Positions 10,522 through 22,352 of a DNA stretch of 64,000 nucleotides are shown in pieces. Position 1 is the first letter of the stretch; every line of letters starts with the position of its first letter. This DNA is from an uncultured Nitrospirales bacterium (GTDB taxonomy: Bacteria; Hydrogenedentota; Hydrogenedentia; Hydrogenedentales; SCBR16-9), in the NCBI GenBank assembly GCA_964537975.1, contig CAZIDP010000003.1:74182-138181 (forward strand), read 5' to 3'. The position numbers and the translations under genes are program-made. The notes under the pieces were generated by a model. It saw nothing but the letters and a program-made list of their open reading frames with translations. It searched no databases and was not told where the DNA came from.

Positions 10522-10962
10522 CTATAAACTTGTATTGTAATAACTTTTCCACCAATCCTGGCGATTCAAAGCTTCCCAATATGAACGTTGCAACAGTAAA
10601 GACAGGTTCTGTTTGGTAACTGGTTCATTAATAGAGCCATCGGCTCCAGCATCAAGAGCGTTTGTAAGGGGAAACTCGCTTGGTGAAGGCGTTATGATTA
10701 TTATCCCGATGTCGGGATGATTTCGACGTATGCGTTGGATGCAATCCATGGCATCTTCGCCCATCGTTGCACAATGAGCTATCAACAGGTCAATAGCATG
10801 ATCGCGAAGTATCTGCATGGCTTCCCGCACAGACTTGGAAACATGAATGTGAAATCTATTGGGTGTAAAAAAATCGCTTATTTTTGCACATTGTTCCGGT
10901 ATGTCAGAAATGATCAACAATGTGTGGTGATAAGCCATCATATGCCTGTTTTCACCTTTCAA
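10522..10962 (-). CDS. Single-domain response-regulator receiver (REC) protein, possibly atypical
   Basis: 146 aa with the CheY-like alternating beta/alpha pattern (TLLIISDIPE, IDLLIAHCATMGEDAMD, IGIIIITPSP). By eye, the canonical phospho-acceptor Asp position appears to be occupied by His. Confidence 0.55.
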   Translation of the reverse strand: MKGENRHMMAYHHTLLIISDIPEQCAKISDFFTPNRFHIHVSKSVREAMQILRDHAIDLLIAHCATMGEDAMDCIQRIRRNHPDIGIIIITPSPSEFPLTNALDAGADGSINEPVTKQNLSLLLQRSYWEALNRQDWWKSYYNTSL

Positions 10963-11131
10963 ACATAGAAACCTGGTTGGCGATTAGCGTCTTGCCGTGA
11001 CCTTAACTATATACACCTCATTACTTATGAGCACTGTCGATATAAATCTTTCAGATAATAAAGTGTATATGTGGATTAGCGTATTTGAAAAGAGTCAATA
11101 ACTTGTAGGGCAAAGCTATAAAAATATTTTA

Positions 11132-11551
11132 TTAAAAATACTTTTCTTTGCCTGCCGCTGACAAACGTGCTAAAGATCGTGAAATGGCCAGTTCTGCACG
11201 AGCGACGTTAATATCAGGCTCAATGTGCTGTAATCGTTCACGTGCACGTTCCAGTGCAGCTTGAGCACGTTTGATGTCTACATCATTTCCCGTTTCAAAT
11301 GCGTCGACCAGTACTATAACCTCGTCATCGCGCACCTCAACAAAACCTTTACTGATAGAAAAAAAATGTTCATTTCCGTCATTGTCCAAGGCCATCAATA
11401 CACCTGGAATCGTCGTACTTAAAAGTGCGGTGTGACCTGGCATGACAGTGAATACACCTGCAGTTCCTGGTATATGAACTTCTTGTGCAGTCATATGCAC
11501 GCGAGAGCTTTCTGGTGCACATATTTCCAGTTTGATGCGTCCTGATGCCAC
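11132..11551 (-). CDS. atpC: F1Fo ATP synthase epsilon subunit
   Basis: 139 aa with an AtpC-like beta-sandwich plus C-terminal helices. It is the last gene of the atp operon. Confidence 0.85.
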   Translation of the reverse strand: MASGRIKLEICAPESSRVHMTAQEVHIPGTAGVFTVMPGHTALLSTTIPGVLMALDNDGNEHFFSISKGFVEVRDDEVIVLVDAFETGNDVDIKRAQAALERARERLQHIEPDINVARAELAISRSLARLSAAGKEKYF

Positions 11552-11553
11552 AA

Positions 11554-13017
<1,464 letters not shown>

Positions 13018-13039
13018 TTACATATTCAAAATAATAATT

Positions 13040-13915
13040 TTACAACGCTTCCGCGCCACTGACAACTTCTATGAGTTGCGTGGTTATAGCATCTTGACGT
13101 ACCCGGTTGTATTGCAAAGTTAATCGCTCTATCATCTCACCTGCATTACGAGTAGCAGAATCCATTGCCGTCATTCGCGCACCAAACTCACTGGCAGCCG
13201 ATTCAAATAGTATGCGATGCATTTGTATTTCAAGATTTTTCAGAAGGAGTGCTTCAAACACACTCTCTTGATCGGGTTCATATATATAATCCAGTGGTAA
13301 AGTATTTCCACCATTAATATCATCTTCATTTTCAGAAATGAACGGCAGCAACCGCTCCAAAGTAGTTGTTTGCTGAACTGCTGATCTGAATTCATTATAC
13401 ATACAATACATTGACGAAAGATTCTCTTCAAGAAACTCCTTCACAACATTTTCGATTATCCATTGAGAAGTGCGGTAAACTGAACGGTCCAACTGACCGG
13501 GAAAAGTGGCGTGTATTGGATATCCACGACGTTTAAGAATGTCTATCCCTTTGCGTCCAACCACCACCAGCATTACATCATTATCTTTGAAACGTCCATC
13601 TAATAAACGTATTGCGTCATTAACGAGTGATGCGTTAAACCCCCCGCACAAACCACGATCAGATGTGATTAATACCAGTCCTATTTTGTTTTCTGGTCTT
13701 TGCTCCAAAAGGGGATGCATCGCACCTTGTGCCCGATTGGCAATTTCATTAACCAAATCCCGCATGTGGTAGGCATAGGGTCGTGCTTGAATTATAGATT
13801 CCTGTGCACGACGAAGCTTTGACGCAGCCACCATTTTCATGGCACGTGTAATTTTTTGGGTGCTCTGTACGCTTTTAATGCGTCGCTTTATGTCTCGCAA
13901 ATTCGCCATTGACAA
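13040..13915 (-). CDS. atpG: F1Fo ATP synthase gamma subunit
   Basis: 291 aa with a typical AtpG N-terminus (MANLRDIKRRIKSVQSTQKITRAMKMVAASKLRRAQ). Confidence 0.9.
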   Translation of the reverse strand: MSMANLRDIKRRIKSVQSTQKITRAMKMVAASKLRRAQESIIQARPYAYHMRDLVNEIANRAQGAMHPLLEQRPENKIGLVLITSDRGLCGGFNASLVNDAIRLLDGRFKDNDVMLVVVGRKGIDILKRRGYPIHATFPGQLDRSVYRTSQWIIENVVKEFLEENLSSMYCMYNEFRSAVQQTTTLERLLPFISENEDDINGGNTLPLDYIYEPDQESVFEALLLKNLEIQMHRILFESAASEFGARMTAMDSATRNAGEMIERLTLQYNRVRQDAITTQLIEVVSGAEAL

Positions 13916-13991
13916 ACTTTCCGAAGAAACCAGCTCATGCTGATTACTATGCTTTAAAATCTTGTGCTAAAAATTACAGATTGCTTGTGTA

Positions 13992-15533
<1,542 letters not shown>

Positions 15534-15655
15534 TTAGGTTCTCCCAATGGCGGTTGTAACCGCATCTCAATATTATTAATAGACCGTGATAGTCTGTGAT
15601 TAACAACTAGAAAAGATAATTTTTTATATTGCAACTGCGGACATTCAGTTGATTA

Positions 15656-16198
15656 TTAATTTGAACTCAACAATTCTTCGCGAAGATGTTGTAACCTGTT
15701 TTGTACACTTCCATCAATACGCATACTACCGATTTGTGCTACAACACCACCCAAAATTTCGGGATTTACTTCACAATACAGGTGAACACTACACCCGCAA
15801 TACTGTTCTAAAGAATCATTGAGTGATTGCTTTTGTTCTTCTGAAAGCGGAAGAGCTGTAGTAATTACGGCACGTGCCCGATGCTGAACATCATCGGCCA
15901 TTATGGAAAACACACGGGCAATATCAGATAAAATTCGGATACGTCCCTTGCGTATTAATAAATCAGCTAAATTGATCAGAATACTGGCAAACCCACCCTT
16001 AGATAATATCTCTCTAAGAATCTGGCTGCGAACTGAACTGCTGATTGCGTTGTTATATAGTATGTTGCTTACTTCTGGATGTTCAGCTACCATTTGTGCC
16101 ATATCCGTAAGGGACATATCTATATTGTCTAACTCGGTAACTTCAAGTGATCCAATCAGACCACCGGCATATCTTTCAGCCAGGAGAAAATTTTTCAT
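15656..16198 (-). CDS. atpH: F1Fo ATP synthase delta (OSCP) subunit
   Basis: 180 aa with an OSCP-like helical pattern. It overlaps atpF by 4 nt. Confidence 0.8.
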   Translation of the reverse strand: MKNFLLAERYAGGLIGSLEVTELDNIDMSLTDMAQMVAEHPEVSNILYNNAISSSVRSQILREILSKGGFASILINLADLLIRKGRIRILSDIARVFSIMADDVQHRARAVITTALPLSEEQKQSLNDSLEQYCGCSVHLYCEVNPEILGGVVAQIGSMRIDGSVQNRLQHLREELLSSN

Positions 16199-16971
16199 GG
16201 CTTAAACCGCCCCAGATCTACAATAAATCTTTGTAACAAAACTGCTTGATTCGCTTCATTTAAATTGTTGCGATATTTATTTTCCAATTGAGAAATTGCT
16301 TCATTAACGATATCACTTTTAACCTGCATGGCTGCAGTGTGATATTCATGTTGTTTCCGATCCGTAAACTCCAAGTCAAGCATCGTCAAACTTTGCTCAT
16401 TCATTTCCTGTAAGGCTTCTAATTCGCGATTCAATCGTTCTTCTGTTTCGGCCAGAACTTTGGCGCGTTCTTCATCAACATGGCCAAGTTTTTCCTTGGC
16501 TTCTAAAAGCCGCAATTCAGACTTGCGACGTTCCTCGGATGCTGACTCCATTCGTGTCTGAAGCCGTGCCAGACCCGAATCAAGGAATTGCAACAAGGGT
16601 TTACGGGCAAAACGCCATATGATAGCTATTAACAACAGCGAGTTGAAGACATTAAAAAAAACTTCATACAAATGCATACGACGCAATTCAGACTGATACT
16701 CGGGTTGCGCTGTATAAGTTTCTACAAAATCCAATTGTTGTGCAAAATCTTCTGGCACGTGCGGTTGGCCAGGCTCGTGAAGATGGGGGCGCTGCCTATA
16801 CAATTTGTATTCGTTACTCTTGATAATCTCAAGATATTCATCATGATGATCCCCAAAATTCTCCAGGTAATCTTTGGACAAGCCAGCAGGACCCATCAGG
16901 ATTGAACCACCAATCCAGACAATGAAGGAGATACTAGCCAAGGTAAGCATAAAGCGTTTGGCTGAACTCAT
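16195..16971 (-). CDS. atpF: F1Fo ATP synthase subunit b with ~95-aa N-terminal extension carrying an extra TM helix
   Basis: The b-like TM helix plus coiled coil starts near residue 96 (FFNVFNSLLLIAIIWRFARKPLL...). The extension contains a hydrophobic helix (FMLTLASISFIVWIGGSILMG). Confidence 0.7.
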   Translation of the reverse strand: MSSAKRFMLTLASISFIVWIGGSILMGPAGLSKDYLENFGDHHDEYLEIIKSNEYKLYRQRPHLHEPGQPHVPEDFAQQLDFVETYTAQPEYQSELRRMHLYEVFFNVFNSLLLIAIIWRFARKPLLQFLDSGLARLQTRMESASEERRKSELRLLEAKEKLGHVDEERAKVLAETEERLNRELEALQEMNEQSLTMLDLEFTDRKQHEYHTAAMQVKSDIVNEAISQLENKYRNNLNEANQAVLLQRFIVDLGRFKP

Positions 16972-17399
16972 ACTGAATTCCTTTCCAGCTCAATGCGCTC
17001 CGCCATTATATCAACCAGCTCAGCAGCAAGCTCGGGGTGGGATGCCCGCTCACTCGCGATCGTTTTTTTAACTTGAGCTCGTATTTCTGCCAATTCACGA
17101 TGATACTTGATTTTTACCTCATCAAGGCGCGCCATATGTGCTTCTTGCGCGGAACGATGTGCGCGTACCAGGGTGTGACTTGCTTCACGATGTATGGCAG
17201 CAATATCCGAAAAATACTGTCGCTCCAAATCTTCTGCTTGATTCGTCAAATGGATTGCCGACTTTTGATCATTGGCAATTTTGGATTCACGGCGGTCTGT
17301 CAGCTCCAATAAGGGCTTGAATATAAATACATTCATAGCCCATATAAAAATCAGGAACAGTGCCAGATTAATAAATAATGTCAGGTTGATGGTAACCAT
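16968..17399 (-). CDS. F1Fo ATP synthase subunit b' (second b-type subunit)
   Basis: 143 aa with an N-terminal TM helix (LTLFINLALFLIFIWAMNVFIFKPLL) followed by a long charged helix. Its stop overlaps the atpF start. Confidence 0.7.
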   Translation of the reverse strand: MVTINLTLFINLALFLIFIWAMNVFIFKPLLELTDRRESKIANDQKSAIHLTNQAEDLERQYFSDIAAIHREASHTLVRAHRSAQEAHMARLDEVKIKYHRELAEIRAQVKKTIASERASHPELAAELVDIMAERIELERNSV

Positions 17400-17572
17400 G
17401 TTGTAACCTTGAGTAGGTATTCCTCCAAGACATTAAAACGAAAAATTCACTTAAAAAAAGCCAGTATGGTCACAAAACATTATAGCGTATAACCATAATG
17501 TAATATTATGACCCAATCCAAAGTATGTGCCGAAAAAGCTAAAGCACACATATAAAATTGCTTTGAAAAATT

Positions 17573-17902
17573 CTACGCCACAACAAAGAGAATCAGTAAG
17601 GCCATAACCAATGAATATATACCAGTAGATTCAGAAACAGCCTGACCAATAAGCATGGTTCGTGTCAATAATCCGGCTTCTTGTGGTGTGCGTCCGATTG
17701 CTTCACACGCTTTACCAGCAGCAAATCCCTGCCCAATGCCAGGTCCGATTGCGCCAAACCCCATACAAATACCTGCACCTATCAATGAGCCGGCAGTAAT
17801 AAGGTCTTGACCGGAAATACTGGCAGTTGCTGTGGTTGCTGTGGTTTCTGCTACTTGTGAAGTCATAGTATTCAATACTGTAAGAATAGTTGTCGGGTCC
17901 AT
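17573..17902 (-). CDS. atpE: F1Fo ATP synthase c subunit (canonical hairpin) with Na+-binding signature
   Basis: 109 aa. Helix 1 is [11 protein letters not shown] and helix 2 is [22 protein letters not shown]. This is the Q/E-S-T/Y constellation of Na+-translocating c subunits. A ~35-50 aa N-terminal extension precedes the hairpin. Confidence 0.9.
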   Translation of the reverse strand: MDPTTILTVLNTMTSQVAETTATTATASISGQDLITAGSLIGAGICMGFGAIGPGIGQGFAAGKACEAIGRTPQEAGLLTRTMLIGQAVSESTGIYSLVMALLILFVVA

Positions 17903-18027
17903 GATCTATCTACTTCCTTTCATTTAAAGGTGATCACACTGAAGAAACGGCGTGTGTTCGTACATACTAAAATTTTTAAACAATAAAGACCAATGTATAT
18001 TAGGCAGTATTTAACATACACCTGAAC

Positions 18028-19011
18028 TTAAATGACATACAATAATAATAAAGAGATAATGAGTGCGTAAATGGCTGTAGATTGTGATACCGCCTGCCCG
18101 ATAAGCATCGTACGCAATAATAATGTATCCTTGTCAGGCCGAGCAGCCGTGGCAGCACATCCGCTGGCTGCTGTCAGCCCACTACCTATCCCGGAACCTA
18201 CGCCGCCAAATCCAACTGCAATGGCTGCTCCAATCACTTTGGCAAACCCAATAAAACCTGGGGTAACATCCTGCATGGCAAACATCATAATGAAAGCAAT
18301 CAACATTCCGAAAATAGCAGGTGTTTCACAAACTGCCTGACCTATCAGCATGTTGCGCAATGTGACGCCATACGATTTCGGCCAGGCACTCATCCCATCT
18401 ACAGCTCCTCCAGCAGTACGCCCTGATCCGATTCCCGAACCCATTGCGCTAACCCCCATGGCGATGCCTGCACCTAGCACAATCCCGATAATATGGAATT
18501 CTGTAAAGGGATGTTGCCGCATGATAAGTATTAAAGAAACTACCAGGGCAAAAATACTTGGTGATTGGGCCACTGCCTGACCGATAATCATCGCTTGCGT
18601 TGTTTTGGAAATGCGATGCGGATTCCGAGCGACTCCATCACAGGCTGCACCTGCTGGCCAGCCACACCCCAGACCGCCACCTAAAGCACCAAAACCGATA
18701 GCAATACCTGCTCCGATTAAGGCCATGCAAAAATTTCCCCCTGCATCATCAATATTGACAGGGACAAACAATATAAATAAGCCGACTACCAGGGCAAATA
18801 TAGACGGGCTGCCGCCTACTGCTTGTCCAATAAGCATGGTTCGCAGCATTTGACCTTGCACCTTGGGTTGTCTCATGATCGCTTCGTTGGCATGTGCGGC
18901 TGCTTTGCCCATGCCATAGGCAGCACCAATACCGCCTAATCCCAAGGCGATACTTGCGCCAAAATAGCGTCCCAAAAGTATCCAAGTTTCCTGGTCAAGT
19001 TCCATGTTCAA
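18028..19011 (-). CDS. Tandem-quadruplicated (4-hairpin, 8-TM) ATP synthase c subunit; only repeat 3 retains the carboxylate
   Basis: 327 aa. There are four consecutive c-subunit repeats, each with a Gly-rich helix 1, an R-x-P loop and an LIGQAV helix 2. The helix-2 ion-site residue is G in repeat 1 (AVGGSPSIF), Q in repeat 2 (AVAQSPSIF), E in repeat 3 (AVCETPAIF) and Q in repeat 4 (AVSQSTAIY). Confidence 0.8.
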   Translation of the reverse strand: MNMELDQETWILLGRYFGASIALGLGGIGAAYGMGKAAAHANEAIMRQPKVQGQMLRTMLIGQAVGGSPSIFALVVGLFILFVPVNIDDAGGNFCMALIGAGIAIGFGALGGGLGCGWPAGAACDGVARNPHRISKTTQAMIIGQAVAQSPSIFALVVSLILIMRQHPFTEFHIIGIVLGAGIAMGVSAMGSGIGSGRTAGGAVDGMSAWPKSYGVTLRNMLIGQAVCETPAIFGMLIAFIMMFAMQDVTPGFIGFAKVIGAAIAVGFGGVGSGIGSGLTAASGCAATAARPDKDTLLLRTMLIGQAVSQSTAIYALIISLLLLYVI

Positions 19012-19156
19012 CTATCCACTGTCGTTCAGTTTGAATGTCGTTTGGTTCTGGGCTTTTATACAACCATACACCCGGTAATGTTTTCTGTGCGCAAAATTGC
19101 ATTATACAAACCCATGATTTTATAGCGAATCATAAGAGTTATAAAGACAACAAACG

Positions 19157-19915
19157 TTATTTTATGGCTACAGCAATATAGGTTAATGTAAGCATTGTAA
19201 ATACAAAAGCTTGCACCGTACCTACAAAGAAGATAAAGAAAACATCCATACCAACTGACAGCCAACTAAAGTAAAAAGTAAGGTTTGATACCACAATTAT
19301 AATAATGGCACCACCGATGATATTACCGAAAAGACGAAATGATATAGACACCACCTTGGCAAGTTCACCAACAATATTTAAAGGTAGAAAAAACAACGCT
19401 GATAACTTGCCTGCAACTTTGCCAAGTCCTTTGGTGTCTTTACTGGAAAACATTGGCCCCATTAGTTCTTCTACAAACCCGCCAAAACCCTTGGCACGAA
19501 TACCGCAGTACGTCGCTATACTCATGGCCAGAATGCCCAGCCCCAATGTCGCGTTAATATCAGCTGTCGGTTCTTCTACAAAGTGAGATGGGAAAAAACC
19601 GATAAAGTTGCATAGCAACAAATAAATGAAAAGTGTTCCAATCAATGGGAAAAATCGGCGATTTTCTTTTAAAGTGTCAAATTCAAGTGAATTGGACACC
19701 AATTGATCAAATACACCAACATACGATTCGAGGATGTATTGAGCACGTCCGGGCATCATCTCGAAGCGGCGCACAGAATAAAAACATACGGAAAATAATA
19801 TCACCATAACCAGTATGGAGTTGAAAATGGTTATAGGATTGATTCCACCCATCGGAATTAATATATCCGTAAATGGAATGTAGTACCAGATTAAGCGTTC
19901 ACCAATACTGTCCAT
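19157..19915 (-). CDS. atpB: F1Fo ATP synthase a subunit
   Basis: 252 aa polytopic membrane protein. The conserved stator arginine motif SISFRLFGNIIGG is present. Confidence 0.9.
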   Translation of the reverse strand: MDSIGERLIWYYIPFTDILIPMGGINPITIFNSILVMVILFSVCFYSVRRFEMMPGRAQYILESYVGVFDQLVSNSLEFDTLKENRRFFPLIGTLFIYLLLCNFIGFFPSHFVEEPTADINATLGLGILAMSIATYCGIRAKGFGGFVEELMGPMFSSKDTKGLGKVAGKLSALFFLPLNIVGELAKVVSISFRLFGNIIGGAIIIIVVSNLTFYFSWLSVGMDVFFIFFVGTVQAFVFTMLTLTYIAVAIK

Positions 19916-19922
19916 ATAGTTG

Positions 19923-20312
19923 TTATACTTTACTCTTTTCTAAATCCAAACCTGTGAGTGCTACAAAAATCATGACAATCCGAATTATAAACAGACCAGC
20001 AACTGCTGCAAAAAGTCCATATAAGGATTCTTGATCCAACCTGTATGCGCGGTACAAAACTAGTGCGTAGATCAGGAGGCGGACGAAAGTCCATTGGAAT
20101 GCCCAAGACTGTACTTTGTCCGGGGGCAAACTTGCAAGTTTTTCCGCTCGTACAGCAAGAATCCAAAAGGCTAAAGTACCACCAACCCCCCCAAAAGCAA
20201 ATCCCATAGCAAGCACACGACCCCAGAAAATCCACAGCAGTAATGTCGATACAATGGTTATGCCGATTGAAATAGATACACACAAGATGCGTAAGCGCTT
20301 TAGTGATTCCAA
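19923..20312 (-). CDS. atpI: ATP synthase protein I (AtpI-like, 4 TM)
   Basis: 129 aa hydrophobic protein immediately upstream of atpB. The overlapping 117-aa ORF in another frame (19930..20283) is judged a shadow ORF. Confidence 0.55.
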   Translation of the reverse strand: MESLKRLRILCVSISIGITIVSTLLLWIFWGRVLAMGFAFGGVGGTLAFWILAVRAEKLASLPPDKVQSWAFQWTFVRLLIYALVLYRAYRLDQESLYGLFAAVAGLFIIRIVMIFVALTGLDLEKSKV

Positions 20313-20545
20313 GGCAGGTCTTTCATTATGAGTTTATAAGCGCTATAAAAGCCGACCATAATACCAATTATTATGGAACTTGCAATTATCAGGCCATGCC
20401 CATTCAAGCGAGTATCAAGCCACACCCCAACCACAACGGCTACTGTTAATGGGAGCACCACCACCAAGCCCAAAGTGCCTACCAAGCCCAATGCACGTAT
20501 GTAACTCATACTACCTTTGTGCTGTAGATTATTTGTCATAAACAC
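20300..20545 (-). CDS. AtpZ/AtpI-family small membrane protein (putative F0F1-ATPase-associated subunit)
   Basis: 81 aa with 2 TM helices. It is the first gene of the atp operon and overlaps atpI by 13 nt. Confidence 0.5.
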   Translation of the reverse strand: MFMTNNLQHKGSMSYIRALGLVGTLGLVVVLPLTVAVVVGVWLDTRLNGHGLIIASSIIIGIMVGFYSAYKLIMKDLPWNH

Positions 20546-20664
20546 TCCCGTGAGTAACGTTTAAAAGTATATCATTTCATTCTGAATACAGTCAAATTGA
20601 GAAAATGATAAAATCCAGTAAAAGGGGAGAACGATTCCTGCAAAACCGGTTCGAAATAATGCTT

Positions 20665-22128
20665 TTATTGTTGTTGCGCTGTTTGTTGTTGTTGAAGCAA
20701 TCGTTGTGCCTCCTTAATGAACCAATGACGTGAAATCTTGATATTTGTATCGTAGACATGAGGTGGCCAGGGAAAGTAATACTGGGGAATTTTAAATTTT
20801 GGAAGTTCCACTGCGAGTGCGGTATTGATGTATTCCAAATCTAGTTTTTGGTCTTTTTTCAGACGGACAAAAGCCACTGGACGATGCCCAAATGCTTCAT
20901 GTGGAATTGGAACAACTACTGATTCGAGCACTTCTGGTATGTGACTCAGAACAGATTCGATTTCCTCTGGTTGAATGTTTTCACCACCGGAAATGAAACG
21001 ATTGTCTAAACGGCCGGTAACATGCAAATAACCTTCCTCGTCAAGATAACCCAAATCCCCGGTGTGAAAGTATCCTTCAGCATCAACCGACTGTACTATA
21101 CCCGCGCCTTGTAAATATCCAAGAAACAATGTTTCACCGGTTACCAATATTTCACCATTTGAAGCAATACGTAAAGATTCGGGATGTAATGACCTTCCAG
21201 ATCTTCGCAACATCATCAAGCCAGCATTCTGAGGGGTTGTTGTTACTTGTGAGGCCATTTCCGTCAACCCATATGTTGTATGTACCGGTAAGGCAGTTTC
21301 AACAGCACGGTACAATAAAGATGGTGGTATGGCGCTTCCTCCTAGCAATATACCGTGTAATTTGCGCAATCTTGAAATGTTGCCGCTGGTTGTGAGCAAT
21401 CGGTGTAATTGTACGGCAACAAGTGAAAGATGGGTGATATTCATTGAATCTAAAGCAGTGTCGATACTTTCATCCAGTTTTAAAAGACCGATGGATGCAC
21501 CAGCCATAATACAACGAAAAAGAATTCCCAAACCGGATACGTGGTACAATGGCAGTGACAATAACCAGGTATCTTCTGGTAGTAACGGCAAATTGCGATT
21601 AGAACGTAGCGCACTTACTTGCAAATTCCGAAAAGAAAGTATGGCACCTTTGGCACGGCCCGTACTCCCAGAGGTAAACACCAATGTGCATGCTTTATCA
21701 CGGTCAATAGTAATAAGGCTATCACTTGGGAATTCTTTGATTTGCATGGAGATTTTTTCCAGCTCTAAAAACTGGCATTTATCTGGGACTCTCGTACTGA
21801 ATGATGAAGCTACGCCAATCCAGAATGTACAATCAGCATCAAGTGCCATCTCAATTTTACGTGACTCTGGTATCAAGGGATTAATGGGGCAGGCGATGGC
21901 TCCCAAACGATACAATGCCCAGATCATTGCAATAAAATCAATGCTTGTTGGCAATACGATAGCCACACGGTCATCAGATTTAATGCCGTTAGCAGCAAGA
22001 TGGTACATACAACAATGAACGCGTTCATCCAGCTCTTTATAGCTGATGGAGTTTGTTGTCATAACAATCGCAGGGGCATCTGGCTTGGCACCAGCCCAAG
22101 TTTGTAATGGACATGGAATTTTATGCAT
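20665..22128 (-). CDS. AMP-dependent synthetase/ligase (acyl-CoA or o-succinylbenzoate-CoA ligase-like)
   Basis: 487 aa with the AMP-binding motif TSGSTGRAKGA and a C-terminal GYLHVTGRLDNRFISGGENIQPEEIE motif. MenE-like size. The tail is Gln-rich. Confidence 0.7.
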   Translation of the reverse strand: MHKIPCPLQTWAGAKPDAPAIVMTTNSISYKELDERVHCCMYHLAANGIKSDDRVAIVLPTSIDFIAMIWALYRLGAIACPINPLIPESRKIEMALDADCTFWIGVASSFSTRVPDKCQFLELEKISMQIKEFPSDSLITIDRDKACTLVFTSGSTGRAKGAILSFRNLQVSALRSNRNLPLLPEDTWLLSLPLYHVSGLGILFRCIMAGASIGLLKLDESIDTALDSMNITHLSLVAVQLHRLLTTSGNISRLRKLHGILLGGSAIPPSLLYRAVETALPVHTTYGLTEMASQVTTTPQNAGLMMLRRSGRSLHPESLRIASNGEILVTGETLFLGYLQGAGIVQSVDAEGYFHTGDLGYLDEEGYLHVTGRLDNRFISGGENIQPEEIESVLSHIPEVLESVVVPIPHEAFGHRPVAFVRLKKDQKLDLEYINTALAVELPKFKIPQYYFPWPPHVYDTNIKISRHWFIKEAQRLLQQQQTAQQQ

Positions 22129-22352
22129 AAATCATTATGGGTGTGTTGAACAATTGATTGACAATCATATGTAGTCTCTATAGCTCTATAAAGAAATCAG
22201 ACGAATCATAGTGAAATCACCTGAGTATTTGCAATGAATTTACCTTTTGTTCTTATATTTCCTGGTTTCATTCTGTGTTGATAAATTTGCAATATAAAAG
22301 TATTATAGTTTTGTTATGTGTTTGTATTGGCTAAATCTTTTTTATAAATACC

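Noticed and set aside
19930-20283. 117-aa ORF overlapping atpI in a different frame on the same strand
   Set aside because: It is fully contained in the 129-aa AtpI-like membrane-protein ORF, whose hydropathy is coherent. The alternative frame gives a Cys/Trp-rich low-plausibility sequence, so it is a shadow ORF.
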